Source: Longimicrobiales bacterium
GTDB taxonomy: Bacteria > Gemmatimonadota > Gemmatimonadetes > Longimicrobiales > Gaopeijiaceae
Length of the DNA: 64,000 nt
Direction: 5' to 3'
NCBI GenBank assembly: GCA_965204735.1
Contig: OZ242008.1
Location: 192,001 to 256,000 of the forward strand
In this document: positions 20,512-29,111 of the stretch, piece by piece
Numbering within the stretch: position 1 is the stretch's first letter
How the letters are laid out: each line of letters starts with the position of its first letter
The notes under the pieces: model-generated
The model's database searches: none
What the model was told of the DNA's origin: nothing
Seen by the model: only the letters and a program-made list of their open reading frames with translations
Made by a program: the position numbers and the translations under genes

Positions 20512-23124
20512 ATGTCCAGCGTGGCCAAGGGACTTCTCGCCGGGGGATCGCTGGCCGCCGCGCTGCTGGCGACGCTGGCGGTTCAGGCGGCGGACAGGGG
20601 GCCGCGCCGTTCCGCCCCTCGCGCCGCCGTCCCGGCCGGCGCCCAGGCGGCCTCCGACTACGCGGGCGCCGAAGCCTGCCGAAGCTGCCACGCGGACCAC
20701 TTTGACGCCTGGGCGTCGTCCACCCACGGAACCGCCGGCGGCCCCCCGGGACCGGAGACGGTGATCGCCCCCTTCGGCGGTCCCCCGATCCGCTTTGCCG
20801 ACGCCGTGGTGTCGCCCCGGGTGGACGCCGACCGGTACCTCTTCGTCGTGGAGCGTCGGGGCCGTCCGCCGCTTCGCTACCAAGTCTCGGGCGTCGTCGG
20901 CCGGGGCCACATGGTGGGCGGAGGGACCCAAGGCTTCCTCTCCGCCTTTCCCGACGGCACCGAGCGCTTCCTTCCCTTCGACTGGTCCGCGGACGCCGAA
21001 GCGTGGTTCTGCAACACGGCCTTCGTGGGCGGCTTCTGGGTTCCGGGCGCGGACCGGGCGGCGCTCCGTGCCGACGCGGGATGGCTCCCGATCACCCCGG
21101 AGACGCGCCTGACCGAGTGCGGCGACTGGCCGCCCGTCCGGGTCATGGGCTCCACCCGCCGCTTCGCCAACTGCCAGAACTGCCACGGCAGCGGCGTCGA
21201 GGTCGCCTACCTTCCCGACGATCGCCGCTACGAGACCGCGATCGCGACCCTCCGGATCGACTGCGAATCGTGCCACGGTCCCGCCGCCGACCACGTGGAG
21301 CGCGCCCGCTCCGGCCTCCTCGCCTCTTCGCCCGACCTGGGCCTTCCCGCCCTGGACACCCTGGACGTCGACCAGTCCCTGGCGGTCTGCTTCCAATGCC
21401 ACGCCCTGAAGCGGTCGCTGGAGGACTCGCCGCCCCCGGACCCGTCGCCGAGCGGCCGGCCGCGCCGCCCCCCTGCGCGGTACAGCCTGGGGCTGCCCCT
21501 CGTGGGCGACTCGCCCTACCTCCCCGACGGCCGCATCCGCACCTTCGGCTACCAGCAGACCCACCGCAGCAGCGCCTGCTACCTCTCGGGCGCCATGACC
21601 TGCGTGGATTGCCACGACCCTCACTCCCAGTCCTACCGAGACCCCTTCGGCGCGCCCCTGGCCGGCCGCTGGGACGACGGCCAGTGCACCGCCTGCCACG
21701 CCAGCAAGGCCGCGGACCCGGAGTCCCACACCTTCCACCCGACCGCCTCCGACGGCGCCCGATGCGTCTCGTGCCACATGCCCTACGTCCAGCACCCGGA
21801 GCTGTCGGACGCGATCCCCTACGCCCGCTCCGACCACACGATTCCCGTCCCGCGCCCCGGCTTCGACGAGGCGGCGGGGCTGCCGTCGGCGTGCGCGGGC
21901 TGCCACCAGGACCGGACGCCGGCGGCCCTCGCCGAGCAGGTTGCGGAGTGGTGGGGGGAGCTGAGGCCGCACCGCCCGGAGGTCGCCGCGCTCTTCTCGG
22001 CGGCCTTTCCGGGCGCGGCAACTCCCGCCCGACCGCCCTCCGGCGCCCCGCCCCAGCCGACCCGCCCGGAAGACTTGGCCGCCCCCGCCCGTCCCCACGC
22101 CCCCGGCGCTTACGGCGCCCCCGCCGCCCCACCCGCCCCCTCGGCCCAGGCAACTTCCTCGGCCCAGGCAACTTCCTCGGCCCATGCCGCCCTCGCGGCT
22201 CCAGCCGCCTCCTCGGCCCAAGCCACCCTCGCGGCCCTGACCGAGGCCGCCGCCCTTGGCGAGCGCTACGCCCTTGCCAAGCTCATGGCGCTGAACGCCT
22301 GGGTCCTGGGCGCGGCCGCCTCGCCGGACCGCGTGGTCGTCCCGGCGGCCACCGCAGCGCTGACCGTCCTGGCCGGCGATCCCGACGTCGACGTCCGCGC
22401 CGTCGCCGCGGCCGCGCTTCACGCCACCCACGACGACGACCACCCGGCCCTTCACGCCCTCCTCGTCGCGCCGACGGCCCCTCCGTCCTCGACCCCCTCT
22501 CTGCCGCCCTCCACCGCTCAGTCCCGCGCCGCAGGCGTCCGCGTCCGCTGGGCCGCCGCTCTCTCCCAGTGGGCGGCGGCGCTCTCCCGCTCTCACGGCC
22601 CGGCGGCGGCCCTCCCCTTCCTGCAACGAGCGCGGCAACTCCGCCCGACCGATCCGGAGGCGCTGATCGGCCTCGCCGCAGGGCTGGCGGCGGTCGGCAA
22701 CCACGCCCAGGCCGTGGGAGTCTACCAGGACGCCCTTGGCCTCGATCCCGACCACCCGGTCGCCCTGGTCAACCTCGGGCTGGGCCTCGAGGCCCTGGGC
22801 CGCGACGCCGAAGCCGAGGCCGCCTACGACCGGGCCGCGACGGCAAGACCGAGCGAGGCTCTGGCGCACTTCAACCTGGGCAACGCCCGCTTCCGCCGCG
22901 GCGACCTGCTGGGCGCGGGCGTCGCGTACCGCGCCGCCGTCGAATCCGATCCGGGCTTGGCCCGCGCCCACTTCTACCTCGCCGTCGTCCTCGTCAACGG
23001 CGGTGGCGATCTGGAGGAAGCCCTTTCGGCCCTGTACAGCGCCGCCGAGTTCGCCCCCGACGACGAAAAGGTCCGTCGCGTTCTCCAGCAGGTGGAAGCG
23101 GCGGTGAACAGGCCGGGCGGCTAA
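20512..23124 (+). CDS. Secreted multiheme c-type cytochrome with C-terminal TPR repeats
   Basis: Eight CxxCH motifs (CRSCH, CQNCH, CESCH, CFQCH, CVDCH, CTACH, CVSCH, CAGCH); Ala/Pro linker; TPRs (ALVNLGLGLEALGR, AHFNLGNA, AHFYLA). Confidence 0.88.
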   Translation: MSSVAKGLLAGGSLAAALLATLAVQAADRGPRRSAPRAAVPAGAQAASDYAGAEACRSCHADHFDAWASSTHGTAGGPPGPETVIAPFGGPPIRFADAVVSPRVDADRYLFVVERRGRPPLRYQVSGVVGRGHMVGGGTQGFLSAFPDGTERFLPFDWSADAEAWFCNTAFVGGFWVPGADRAALRADAGWLPITPETRLTECGDWPPVRVMGSTRRFANCQNCHGSGVEVAYLPDDRRYETAIATLRIDCESCHGPAADHVERARSGLLASSPDLGLPALDTLDVDQSLAVCFQCHALKRSLEDSPPPDPSPSGRPRRPPARYSLGLPLVGDSPYLPDGRIRTFGYQQTHRSSACYLSGAMTCVDCHDPHSQSYRDPFGAPLAGRWDDGQCTACHASKAADPESHTFHPTASDGARCVSCHMPYVQHPELSDAIPYARSDHTIPVPRPGFDEAAGLPSACAGCHQDRTPAALAEQVAEWWGELRPHRPEVAALFSAAFPGAATPARPPSGAPPQPTRPEDLAAPARPHAPGAYGAPAAPPAPSAQATSSAQATSSAHAALAAPAASSAQATLAALTEAAALGERYALAKLMALNAWVLGAAASPDRVVVPAATAALTVLAGDPDVDVRAVAAAALHATHDDDHPALHALLVAPTAPPSSTPSLPPSTAQSRAAGVRVRWAAALSQWAAALSRSHGPAAALPFLQRARQLRPTDPEALIGLAAGLAAVGNHAQAVGVYQDALGLDPDHPVALVNLGLGLEALGRDAEAEAAYDRAATARPSEALAHFNLGNARFRRGDLLGAGVAYRAAVESDPGLARAHFYLAVVLVNGGGDLEEALSALYSAAEFAPDDEKVRRVLQQVEAAVNRPGG

Positions 23125-23361
23125 GGAGCGGCGCGCAGGCCTCTGCGGGCGGTGTGCCAATTTTGATATACCACGGGAGCGGCTTGCGGCGTCTCCATAT
23201 ATGTCGGCAGGAACCGACAGGCTCACGGGGGAGGACTCGCACCTTCCCGGAATTCAGAATCTCTACCAGGAGACAGCAGCATGACTTACCTCCGCAAGCT
23301 CGCCCGGCTCTTCCGTCGCGCCGTCGCGACGGTCGCCTTCGGCCAGGGCACTCCCCAGTCG
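22115..23361 (+). repeat. Duplicated segment, copy 1 (TPR 3' end + promoter box B + leader)
   Basis: Near-identical to about 25355-26467. Confidence 0.9.
23154..23201 (+). promoter_or_regulatory. Conserved promoter box B, copy 1 (ECF-like)
   Basis: gtgccaattttgatataccacg-N10-gcggcgtctccatata; also at 26255 and 31687. Confidence 0.72.
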
Positions 23362-23817
23362 GTCACGCTGAAGAGCAGGGTGGCCACGACATTCCCGACT
23401 CCGACAAACCGCTCCAACTCCCCCAGGTCACGGGTCAGAACCTTCCGGCACGGTCGTGGGCAAGACCCCGGATCACTCTGGGACAAGACCGGGCAAAGCC
23501 GCTGCTACATGGCCAACACCGGAGTCAGCGTTCTCGTAGCTGGGCTGGCATTCCTGCAACTTGGTTGTGACGCGACATCGCCGTCGCACGATTCACAACC
23601 GATAGTTGTCGAAGCCCGACCGGCTGTAACCGAGCGCGGAACACTACAGGTTCGGCTGACCAGCAGCAGAAACGCCGTTGCCGGTGTTCCAGTCGTTCTT
23701 CGCGTCTACGACCTGGCAGGAAACGTCGTGGACGAACGGAAGTTTGCTTCTCTGCAGGACGTCGCGGCAGGCGCCGTATTCACGGACGACAGCACTGAGA
23801 CGGAGGGCGAACGATGA
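23281..23817 (+). CDS. Hypothetical exported/lipoprotein (alternative start 23509), cassette 1 partner protein
   Basis: AGGAG RBS; leader MTYLRKLARLFRRAVATVAFGQG; internal lipobox LQLGC; PVVLRVYDLAGNVVDERKFASL resembles paralogs at 24711 and 26387. Confidence 0.6.
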   Translation: MTYLRKLARLFRRAVATVAFGQGTPQSVTLKSRVATTFPTPTNRSNSPRSRVRTFRHGRGQDPGSLWDKTGQSRCYMANTGVSVLVAGLAFLQLGCDATSPSHDSQPIVVEARPAVTERGTLQVRLTSSRNAVAGVPVVLRVYDLAGNVVDERKFASLQDVAAGAVFTDDSTETEGER

Positions 23818-24407
23818 AGCCATGGGCCAGGGCCGTATCCGCCGTTCTGTTGATCACTACGGCAACCCTCCCCGCATCGTTGGTCGCTGTAGAATCCGCT
23901 TCCCTCAATCGTCCTCTGGACGTAACTGTCGAGCTGTCGGCTCTGGAATGCCGCGCAGACGGCAACGTTGTCTTCAGCGCAACAGGCTCCTCTGGAGGCT
24001 TCGCGGCCGAAGCGGTTCGTGACGCCATCCCTTCCTGCGAGGTGGACTGGACGGCGGCCGTAACGGGTTGTACGACGTGCTTCACATCCGTCATGTTCCT
24101 CGTGGGCGGCGCATGGGCTGTTCGAGCTGCACACTTGGGCATGAGGCTCGCCATTGCCATGACCAGAGGCCAAGCCCGGGCAGCGATGTTCGCTGCCGGG
24201 TTCACCTTCGCTGGCGTCTTGTCCCAGCTCTTGCCTGGATGTCGCGGGTGCTTTTCTGCAACGTGCGTGCGTGAGTTGGCTCGAGGCGTGATGGAGGCGA
24301 TTGAGCAGTTGTTCACGTCTCCCCTCTGGTCGTGCGCGAACGCGGACGTCAATGCCGAGTTGGAGTGCCTGATTGGGATCAACGACGATGGCGAGATCGA
24401 ATACTAG
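23814..24407 (+). CDS. Secreted Cys-rich protein with CxxC-hydrophobic hairpin-CxxC (bacteriocin-like candidate)
   Basis: Signal peptide; CTTC...long Ala/Gly-rich hydrophobic stretch...CRGC; GGAGGG RBS; ATGA coupling. Confidence 0.6.
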   Translation: MKPWARAVSAVLLITTATLPASLVAVESASLNRPLDVTVELSALECRADGNVVFSATGSSGGFAAEAVRDAIPSCEVDWTAAVTGCTTCFTSVMFLVGGAWAVRAAHLGMRLAIAMTRGQARAAMFAAGFTFAGVLSQLLPGCRGCFSATCVRELARGVMEAIEQLFTSPLWSCANADVNAELECLIGINDDGEIEY

Positions 24408-24627
24408 CACTGGCACCGTCGAGAAGGTCGCTAGGTATCGGCGCCGAGCTCGATGCGCGGTGATCGTTGCGGTAGCGATGGCGACGGTGGGACCGGTCGT
24501 GGACCCGTCCCTGGAAGCGATAGTGTCGGCGGTGACGGCGTGGGCCGCCGGCACTATCATCTGGCTGATCGCGGACATCTCCAAGGCGGTCGTTGACTGC
24601 GCCGACGGGCAGGACTGCGAGGACTAG
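24373..24627 (+). CDS. Small putative secreted amphipathic peptide (start uncertain)
   Basis: RYRRRAR + hydrophobic core + LEA, then IVSAVTAWAAGTIIWLIADISKAVVDCADGQDCED. Confidence 0.45.
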   Translation: MGSTTMARSNTSTGTVEKVARYRRRARCAVIVAVAMATVGPVVDPSLEAIVSAVTAWAAGTIIWLIADISKAVVDCADGQDCED

Positions 24628-24710
24628 GTTGGCAACCGCCAAATGGGAAGTGGACGGGACCACCGTCACGGAAAAATGGCTCGAATGCTTTGAACCGGAG
24701 TGGTAGAGAA

Positions 24711-25271
24711 ATGATGAAGCTACTTGAGCGTCAAGTCCCGCTCTGGCTGATCTTGGTCTGCTTCGTCACCATGGCGACGACACTCGTGGTGGCGGCTTGG
24801 TTGTCTTCACGACCGGCCGACGAACCGACCGTCGTGAACGTCGTGGACGTCGTCTGGACGGACGGACGGCTGGAGATGCCCAACCCGGAAGCGTTCACGG
24901 AAGGGCACGACGGCCCTGTCGCTTTTCGCATCATTGAGGACGGAGAGGTCGTCATGGAGTTCGCAGGGGCGAACTTGGCGGAAGCACGCCAGAAGCTCGA
25001 GCAAGCATCCATGGAATACCTCGAGGAGATGGCCGGCCGACCGGATGCGTCTCAGGCGCTGCGGGCTCTTGTAGAGCTGAGAGAAAGCCTCCCGTCCGAT
25101 TCTTCCATCAGGCTTATGACGGCCGACCAACTGACTCGTTTGCTGGAGACGATGGAACCGCTGTTGGCGGCTGGTTATGCCGACATGCCGGCGGAGGAGC
25201 AGGCCAAGGTGCTCTCGGGCGTGAAGGAAGCCGTGAACGCCGTGAAGTCGGAGGTGGCGAAGGACTCCTGA
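24711..25271 (+). CDS. Membrane-anchored hypothetical protein, paralog of 26387-27061
   Basis: N-terminal TM; DEPTVV..DVVW..GR.E, DGPV..R.I, ESLP..S.I.LMT, RLLE..EPLLAA shared with the paralog. Confidence 0.75.
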   Translation: MMKLLERQVPLWLILVCFVTMATTLVVAAWLSSRPADEPTVVNVVDVVWTDGRLEMPNPEAFTEGHDGPVAFRIIEDGEVVMEFAGANLAEARQKLEQASMEYLEEMAGRPDASQALRALVELRESLPSDSSIRLMTADQLTRLLETMEPLLAAGYADMPAEEQAKVLSGVKEAVNAVKSEVAKDS

Positions 25272-25345
25272 CTCCGGGACCGACGGACCGGCCTGGCGAG
25301 CAGGCGGTCACGCTCCCGAGGGCTGGTCCAGTTCGTTATCCACGC
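25223..25345 (+). repeat. Cassette right-end repeat, copy 1 (gene 3' end KEAVNAVKSEVAKDS* + downstream)
   Basis: Closely matches 28967-29086. Confidence 0.88.
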
Positions 25346-25354
25346 ACGCGCGCA

Positions 25355-26225
25355 GCGCCCCTGCCGCCCCACCCGCCCTCGCGGTCCAGGCAATGCCTTC
25401 GGCCCAGGGCGGCCCTCTCGGCCCAAAGCCACCCTCGCCGCCCCGACCGAGGCCGCCGCCCTTGGCGAGCGCCACGCCCTTGCCAAGCTCATGGCGCCTG
25501 AACGCCTGGGTCCTGGGCACGGCCGCCTCGCCGGACCGGGCGGTCGTCCCGGCGGCCACCGCAGTGCCCTGACCGTCCTGACCGGCGATCCCGACATCGA
25601 CGTCCGCGCGGTCGCCGCGGCTGCGCTTCACGCCACCCACGACGACGACCACCCGGCCCTTCGCCCCCTCCTAGCCGCGCCAGCGGCCCCTCCGTCCTCG
25701 GCCCCCTCTCCGCTGCCCTCCACCGCAACGAGCGCGGCAACTCCGCCCGACCGATCCGGAGGTGCTGATCGGCCTCGCCGCAGGGCTGGCGGCGGCCGGC
25801 AACCATGCCCAGGCCGTGGGAGTCTACAGGACGCCCTTGGCCTCGATCCCGACCACCCGGTCGCCCTGGTCAACCTCGGGCTGGGCCTCGAGGCCCTGGG
25901 CCGCGACGCCGAAGCCGAGGCCGCCTACGATCGGGCCGCGACGGCAAGACCGAGCGAGGCTCTGGCGCACTTCAACCTGGGCAACGCCCGCTTCCGCCGC
26001 GGCGACCTGCTGGGCGCGGGCGTCGCGTACCGGGCCGCCGTCGAATCCGATCCGGGCTTGGCCCGCGCCCACTTCTACCTCGCCGTCGTCCTCGTCAACG
26101 GCGGCGGCGATCTGGAGGAAGCCCTTTCGGCCCTCTACAGCGCCGCCGAGTTCGCCCCCGACGACGAAGAGGTCCGTCGCGTTCTCCAGCAGGTGGAAGC
26201 GGCGGTGAACAGGCCGGGCGGCTAA
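25355..26225 (+). pseudogene. Degenerate duplicate of the 3' part of the multiheme-TPR gene
   Basis: No heme domain; an internal deletion and frameshifts in the 5' half; last about 130 codons almost identical to 22730-23124. Confidence 0.88.
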
Positions 26226-26254
26226 GGAGCGGCGCGCAGGCCTCTGCGGGCGGT

Positions 26255-26302
26255 GTGCCAATTTTGATATACCACGGGAGCGGCTTGCGGCGTCTCCATA
26301 TA
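26255..26302 (+). promoter_or_regulatory. Conserved promoter box B, copy 2
   Basis: Identical to 23154-23201 (part of the duplication). Confidence 0.7.
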
Positions 26303-26386
26303 TGTCGGCAGGAACCGACAGGCTCGCGTCGCGAGGAGGCTCGCACCCTTCCCGGAATTCAGAATCCTCTACCAGGAGACAGCAGC

Positions 26387-27061
26387 ATGACTTACCTTCG
26401 CAAGCTCGCCCGGCTCTTCCGTCGCGCCGTCGCGACGGTCGCCTTCGGCCAGGGCGCTCCCCAGTCGCAAGTCCGGCCGAACCAAGCCCCGGTCCGCCGC
26501 GGCTTCTCCCACCGCGGCCTCGCCCTGGTGCCGCTGCTCAGGTTCAGGCATGGACTGACGGTGGGCGTCATAGCGATCGCGATGTCCGCCAGCGGCTGCA
26601 CGGACGCGTTTTCGCGGCCGGTCGATGAGCCGACCGTCGTTGACGTCGTCTGGAGGAACGGCCGTGTGGAACTCGCCGATCCAGAAGTCGCGCTGGAGCG
26701 GCCCGACGGCCCTGTCAGGGTTCGCTTCATCAAGGACGACGAGGTAGTCAAGGAATACGCCGCCGGAAGCTTGGCGCAGGCACGGGCGGAAATGGAGCGT
26801 GACGTCCGGAACAAGTGGAAGGATATGGCCAGGCGCCCGGGCGCATTGCCCGAAACCAGGGCGTGGGCAGAGCTGATGGAGAGCCTCCCTACCGAGTCTG
26901 CCATCATGCTCATGACGGACGAAGAACGGACGCGCCTGTTGGAGGCGGTGGAGCCGTTGCTGGCGGCTAGTCGCCGCGACATGAGGGCGGAGGAGCGTGC
27001 CAGGATGCTGTCCGACGTTAGAGAAACCGTGAACGCCTTGATGTCGGAGGTGGCAAAATGA
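26387..27061 (+). CDS. Hypothetical lipoprotein, cassette 2 partner protein
   Basis: Same leader MTYLRKLARLFRRAVATVAFGQG; hydrophobic stretch ending ASGC; paralog of 24711-25271. Confidence 0.72.
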   Translation: MTYLRKLARLFRRAVATVAFGQGAPQSQVRPNQAPVRRGFSHRGLALVPLLRFRHGLTVGVIAIAMSASGCTDAFSRPVDEPTVVDVVWRNGRVELADPEVALERPDGPVRVRFIKDDEVVKEYAAGSLAQARAEMERDVRNKWKDMARRPGALPETRAWAELMESLPTESAIMLMTDEERTRLLEAVEPLLAASRRDMRAEERARMLSDVRETVNALMSEVAK

Positions 27062-27534
27062 TGATGGCACGTGGCTTGGTCTTCATCCTTCTCCTCCTCG
27101 GCGCGGCCTTCGCTGCCGAGCCAGCGGAAGCCGCCGTAGCCCCGGACGCCGAAGTCACTTCGGTCAACACCTGTCCGATCCCCCAACGCAACTGCTCGAG
27201 GTCGGAGGCATGGGAAATGGGCATCAACTGCGGGGCATGCTTCGTCGAAGTGTTCCTGTGCCCGTTCGCGATCGGGGCCGTCTACATAGCTCCGGACCCT
27301 GCGTCAAAAGCGGCTGCGATCCTTGCCGCGCTCATCACGTGTCTGGGTCCATTCCAGTCGTGCACGCAGTGTGTCAGGGCGGCCCACCGCTGCGGCGACG
27401 AAGCCAAGGAGCGGGCGGCGCGAGAGCACCTGCGGGCGACCATGGAACGCATTCGTCGTCTGGAGGAGATGCTGATCCCAGGCAATGGTAACGAGTGCGA
27501 AGAGAGCGCTCCTGATTGCCATACTCCCCACTGA
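27058..27534 (+). CDS. Secreted Cys-rich protein with CxxC-hydrophobic hairpin-CxxC (bacteriocin-like candidate)
   Basis: Clear signal peptide; 11 Cys; CGAC..LC..hydrophobic..TC..CTQC; GGAGG RBS; ATGA coupling. Confidence 0.68.
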   Translation: MMMARGLVFILLLLGAAFAAEPAEAAVAPDAEVTSVNTCPIPQRNCSRSEAWEMGINCGACFVEVFLCPFAIGAVYIAPDPASKAAAILAALITCLGPFQSCTQCVRAAHRCGDEAKERAAREHLRATMERIRRLEEMLIPGNGNECEESAPDCHTPH

Positions 27535-27548
27535 GCGGAGAGGCTAAC

Positions 27549-27794
27549 GTGATAAACTTTCTGGTCACTTTTGGCCGATGGTGGCTTGGGTTTGGATGCG
27601 GCTGGTGTTTCGCCATGACCTACGGCCCCTGGACGGTCTTGGTCGCTGTTCCAATGACGGTGTTGGTAGTGTGCACCGCGTTGTGGTTCTGCGGCTTTCG
27701 CGGGGCCGTGTTTGCCCTCTTCGGGGGCGATACGCCGACGCTTGTTCGTCCGGTTCCGGCCTGGCTCCTGCGAATCGCCCCATGGCTCCGATAG
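27549..27794 (+). CDS. Small membrane protein (immunity-like candidate)
   Basis: GGAGAGG RBS + GTG; 81 aa, Trp-rich, about 2 TM segments. Confidence 0.55.
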   Translation: MINFLVTFGRWWLGFGCGWCFAMTYGPWTVLVAVPMTVLVVCTALWFCGFRGAVFALFGGDTPTLVRPVPAWLLRIAPWLR

Positions 27795-27804
27795 GTCCCG
27801 GCCC

Positions 27805-28980
27805 GTGAGTCGCGACTGTCCAGGTCCGTGCGTCGGTTTCGTGCCGATCTGGGCAGTCGCGACCATCGCAGCAACCCTGCTCGCTTCTTCCGCAGAGGCC
27901 CAATGGCGGCTGGGTCCGCCGGACTTGGTGATCGGCGAGGAAGCAGGGACGCTGTTCGACGACATAGCGGATGTGTTCGTCCGCGACGCTCGCATCTACG
28001 TGACGGACCGAGGCGCCCGCACGATTCGAGCGTTCGCTCGGGCGACCGGGCGCTTGGTCGCAACGGCGGGGCGTGAAGGCGAGGGCCCTGGCGAGTTTCG
28101 GTTTGTGGGCTGGGTAGACGACTGCGGTACCGACGCAATCGTCGCGTCGGACCACGGCTTGGACCGTGTGTCCGTCTTTACCCTGGATCTGGACCATGTT
28201 CGGACGTTCGCTCTGGGCGCCACGCGACTCGCTGCGATCCAGTGCGTTGGTTCGCGCGGATTCGTAGGAATCAAACGAAACCCCGATCCCCTGCTCCACC
28301 TTCGGGGGGAAATCCCAATGGAGCCGTACGTCGGTACGGTCGATCTCGTCCTGTTGGGGCCAGACGGTTCCCTCCAGCGGACGATCGGAAGATTCCCTGC
28401 TGAAGACCGATTCCGTGTGGCCATGCCCGACGGCCGGGGCTACAGCATACTCCCCCTCGTGTGGGGTCTGCGGCCGGTCTTCGAGTCCTTCCAGCAGGGG
28501 TTTGTCTTCGGAACAGGAGACTCGTGGTCGCTGGCCCGCTACGACGCGGAGGGCAACGTCTTGGACACGCTGGCGCTGGACCAGAGCCGTCTCGCCGTTG
28601 CGCGTGCCCATGTCGACGAGCATGCCCGGCGAGCGGTCGCGGCCAGCCGCAACCCCGAACGCGATCGACGGTTCTACGCGGACTACCCGTTCCCTTCCCA
28701 CTTCCCCGCATACACCGATGTCGTCGCGTCGAAGAGCGGCTTCACCTGGGTAGAACAGTTCTCCGCACCTTACCCGGAAGCTGACCCTCACTGGAAGGTC
28801 TTCGCACCCGACCGCGCCTTGGCGGCTACTGCGGACTTGCCGAGAGGCTTCGAACTCATGTGGGTTGGGGACACGCAAGTCGCGGGAGTCGTGAGAGACG
28901 AACTGGGCGTCCAGAGCATGGAGCTGCGCCCCATCGTGCGCGTGGCGGAAAACGACCTATCGGCTCGAAGGAAGCCGTGA
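27805..28980 (+). CDS. Secreted 6-bladed beta-propeller protein (start approximate)
   Basis: Signal ..SAEA|Q; AGREGEGPGEF; GVVRDELGVQSMELRPI C-terminus. Confidence 0.82.
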   Translation: MSRDCPGPCVGFVPIWAVATIAATLLASSAEAQWRLGPPDLVIGEEAGTLFDDIADVFVRDARIYVTDRGARTIRAFARATGRLVATAGREGEGPGEFRFVGWVDDCGTDAIVASDHGLDRVSVFTLDLDHVRTFALGATRLAAIQCVGSRGFVGIKRNPDPLLHLRGEIPMEPYVGTVDLVLLGPDGSLQRTIGRFPAEDRFRVAMPDGRGYSILPLVWGLRPVFESFQQGFVFGTGDSWSLARYDAEGNVLDTLALDQSRLAVARAHVDEHARRAVAASRNPERDRRFYADYPFPSHFPAYTDVVASKSGFTWVEQFSAPYPEADPHWKVFAPDRALAATADLPRGFELMWVGDTQVAGVVRDELGVQSMELRPIVRVAENDLSARRKP

Positions 28981-29086
28981 ACGCCGTGAAGTCGGAGGCG
29001 GCGAAGGACTCCTGACTCCGGGCCGAGGGACCGGCCGGCGAGCAGGCGGTCGCGCTTCCGAGGGCTGGTCCAGTTCGTTTCCACGC
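28967..29086 (+). repeat. Cassette right-end repeat, copy 2
   Basis: gaaggaagccgtgaacgccgtgaagtcggagg.ggcgaaggactcctgactccggg...gggctggtccagttcgtt; see 25223-25345. Confidence 0.88.
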
Positions 29087-29111
29087 GCCGAAGCAGTAGA
29101 TTGCAGGTGCC

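Noticed and set aside
23814..27534. Cys-rich ORFs as c-type cytochromes or classical RiPP precursors
   Set aside because: The CxxC motifs lack the following His, and no radical SAM, LanM, YcaO or C39 transporter gene is nearby.
22115..29086. Integron or diversity-generating retroelement explanation for the cassettes
   Set aside because: No integrase, attC-like palindromes or reverse transcriptase; differences between repeats are not adenine-specific.
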